Shown here piece after piece: positions 62,836 through 64,000 of a DNA stretch of 64,000 nt (the first letter of the stretch is position 1; each line of letters opens with the position of its first letter). The position numbers and the translations under genes were made by a program. Source of the DNA: Chiloscyllium plagiosum (Eukaryota); NCBI RefSeq assembly GCF_004010195.1, contig NC_057718.1, positions 38,067,152 to 38,131,151 of the forward strand, in the 5' to 3' direction. Under the pieces are notes generated by a model. The model was not told where the DNA came from. It searched no databases and saw only the letters and a program-made list of their open reading frames with translations.

Positions 62836-63176
62836 TTTGTGAGAAGATTTGTAGCTCGGGTGCTGTGGTTCTGTTCACCGAGCTGGGAATTTGTGTTGCA
62901 GACGTTTCGTCCCCTGTCTAGGTGACATCCTCAGTGCTTGGGAGCCTCCTGTGAAGCGCTTCTATGATTTTCCTCCGTCATTTATAGTGGTTTGTCTCTG
63001 CCGCTTCCAGTTGTCAGTTCCAACTGTCCGTTGCAGTGGTTGGTATATTGGGTCCAGGTCGATGTTCTTATTGATTGAATCTGTGGATGAGTGCCATGCC
63101 TCTAAGAATTCCCTGGCTGTCTCTGTTTGGCTTGTCCTATGATAATAGTGTTGTCCCAGTCGAACTCATGTTACTT
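62836..63176 (-). mobile_element. Penelope-like 3' end (family C) inserted in the SINE
   Basis: Minus HEFDWDNTIIIGQAK / AREFLEAWHSSTDSINKNIDLDPIYQPL; 7-bp TSD gcccaag at 62829-62835 and 63177-63183. Confidence 0.85.
62898..62937 (-). ncRNA. Minimal type I hammerhead ribozyme motif (Penelope family C), intact
   Basis: Minus GCA-CTGAGGA-T-GTCACC-TAGACA-GGGGAC-GAA-ACGT-C-TGC. Confidence 0.72.
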
Positions 63177-64000
63177 GCCCAAGGCTGGAATCGAACCCAG
63201 GACCCTGTTACTGTGAGGCAGCAGTGCTAACCACTGAGCCACCGTGCTGCCCCAACTCCTTAACCCTATTTGCCAAAGCTATCTCATGTCCCCTTTTTGC
63301 CCTCCTGATTTCTCTCAAGTATACTCCTACTGCCTTTATACTCTTCTTAGCATTCACTCGATCTATCCTGTCTATACCTGACATATGTTTCCTTCTTTTT
63401 CTTAACCAAACCCTCAATTTCTTTAGTCATCCAGCATTCCCTGTAACTACTAGCCTTTCCTTTCACCCTAACAGAAATATACTTTCTCAGGACTCTCGTT
63501 ATCTCATTTCTGAAGGCTTCCCATTTTCCAGCCATCCCTTTACCTGCGAACATTTGCCCCAAATCAGCTTTTGAAAGTTCTTGCCTAATACCGTCAAAAA
63601 TTGGCCTTTTTCCAATTTAGAACCTCAACTTTTGGATCTGGTCTATCCTTTTCCATCACTATTTTAAAATGAATCGAATTATGGTCGCAGGCCCCAAAGT
63701 GCTCCTCCACTGACACCTCAGTCACCTGCCCTGCCTTATTTCCCAAGAGTAGGTCAACTTTTGCACCTTCTCCAGTAGGTACATCCACATACTGAATCAG
63801 AAAATTTTCTTGTACACACTTACCAAATTCATCTACATCTAAACCCTGAACACTGTGGCAGTCCCAGTCTATGTTTGGAAAGTTAAAATCCCCTACCATA
63901 ACCACTCTAGTATTCTTACAGATAACTGAGATCTCCTTATAAATTTGTTTCTCAATTTCCCTCTGACTATTAGGGGTCTATAATATAAATCACAATAAGG

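Larger units (their letters stand above)
62598..63253 (-). mobile_element. Full-length tRNA-derived V-SINE (HE1-like), split by a Penelope fragment
   Basis: Minus 5' end GGGCAGCACGGTGGCTCAGTGGTTAGCAC (A box) and GGGTTCGATTCC (B box); V-core tgtggagtttgcacattctccccgtgtctgcgtgggtttcc; CR1-like tail. Confidence 0.9.
60820..64000 (-). mobile_element. Near-complete CR1-clade ORF2 (endonuclease and RT), degenerate, running off the window end; contains a nested SINE and Penelope fragment
   Basis: VGDFNFPNIDW, EHFGACDHN (63594-63905); QHGFVCGKSCLTNL; KFADD; 3' UTR at 60820-60960. Confidence 0.95.

Noticed and set aside
63180..63253. tRNA gene (A and B boxes)
   Set aside because: It is the tRNA-derived head of a V-SINE and continues into SINE core sequence
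1..64000. CRISPR arrays, rRNA, operons or other prokaryotic systems
   Set aside because: No repeat-spacer arrays or gene-dense organisation; the sequence is vertebrate retroelement-rich DNA

Overview
Eukaryotic, repeat-dense vertebrate DNA. It is most likely from an elasmobranch (shark), inferred from HE1/V-SINE-type and DeuSINE-type elements and the abundant CR1-clade LINEs. Most of the window is nested retroelements: about 20 CR1-clade LINE fragments on both strands, about 10 Penelope-like (GIY-YIG) fragments and mini-elements with 7-15 bp target-site duplications (TSDs), one degenerate L1-clade ORF2, several SINEs, and possible Harbinger and solo-LTR remnants. There are two assembly gaps. 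Nearly every long ORF in the track is transposon-derived. No complete host gene can be recognised. The most interesting signals are: (1) minimal hammerhead-ribozyme motifs in three different Penelope-like families, which covary in helix II and carry a palindromic 4-nt helix III; (2) a CpG-rich, repeat-free block at about 25.9-27.4 kb containing a candidate first coding exon (41 codons ending AAG|GTAAGA); (3) a candidate spliced minus-strand transcript end, with a possible exon at 21.1-21.3 kb and a terminal exon carrying a miR-17 8-mer and AATAAA at 16.5-17.3 kb; (4) a near-identical 410-bp templated local duplication fused to a CR1 fragment. Coordinates of old repeats are approximate.
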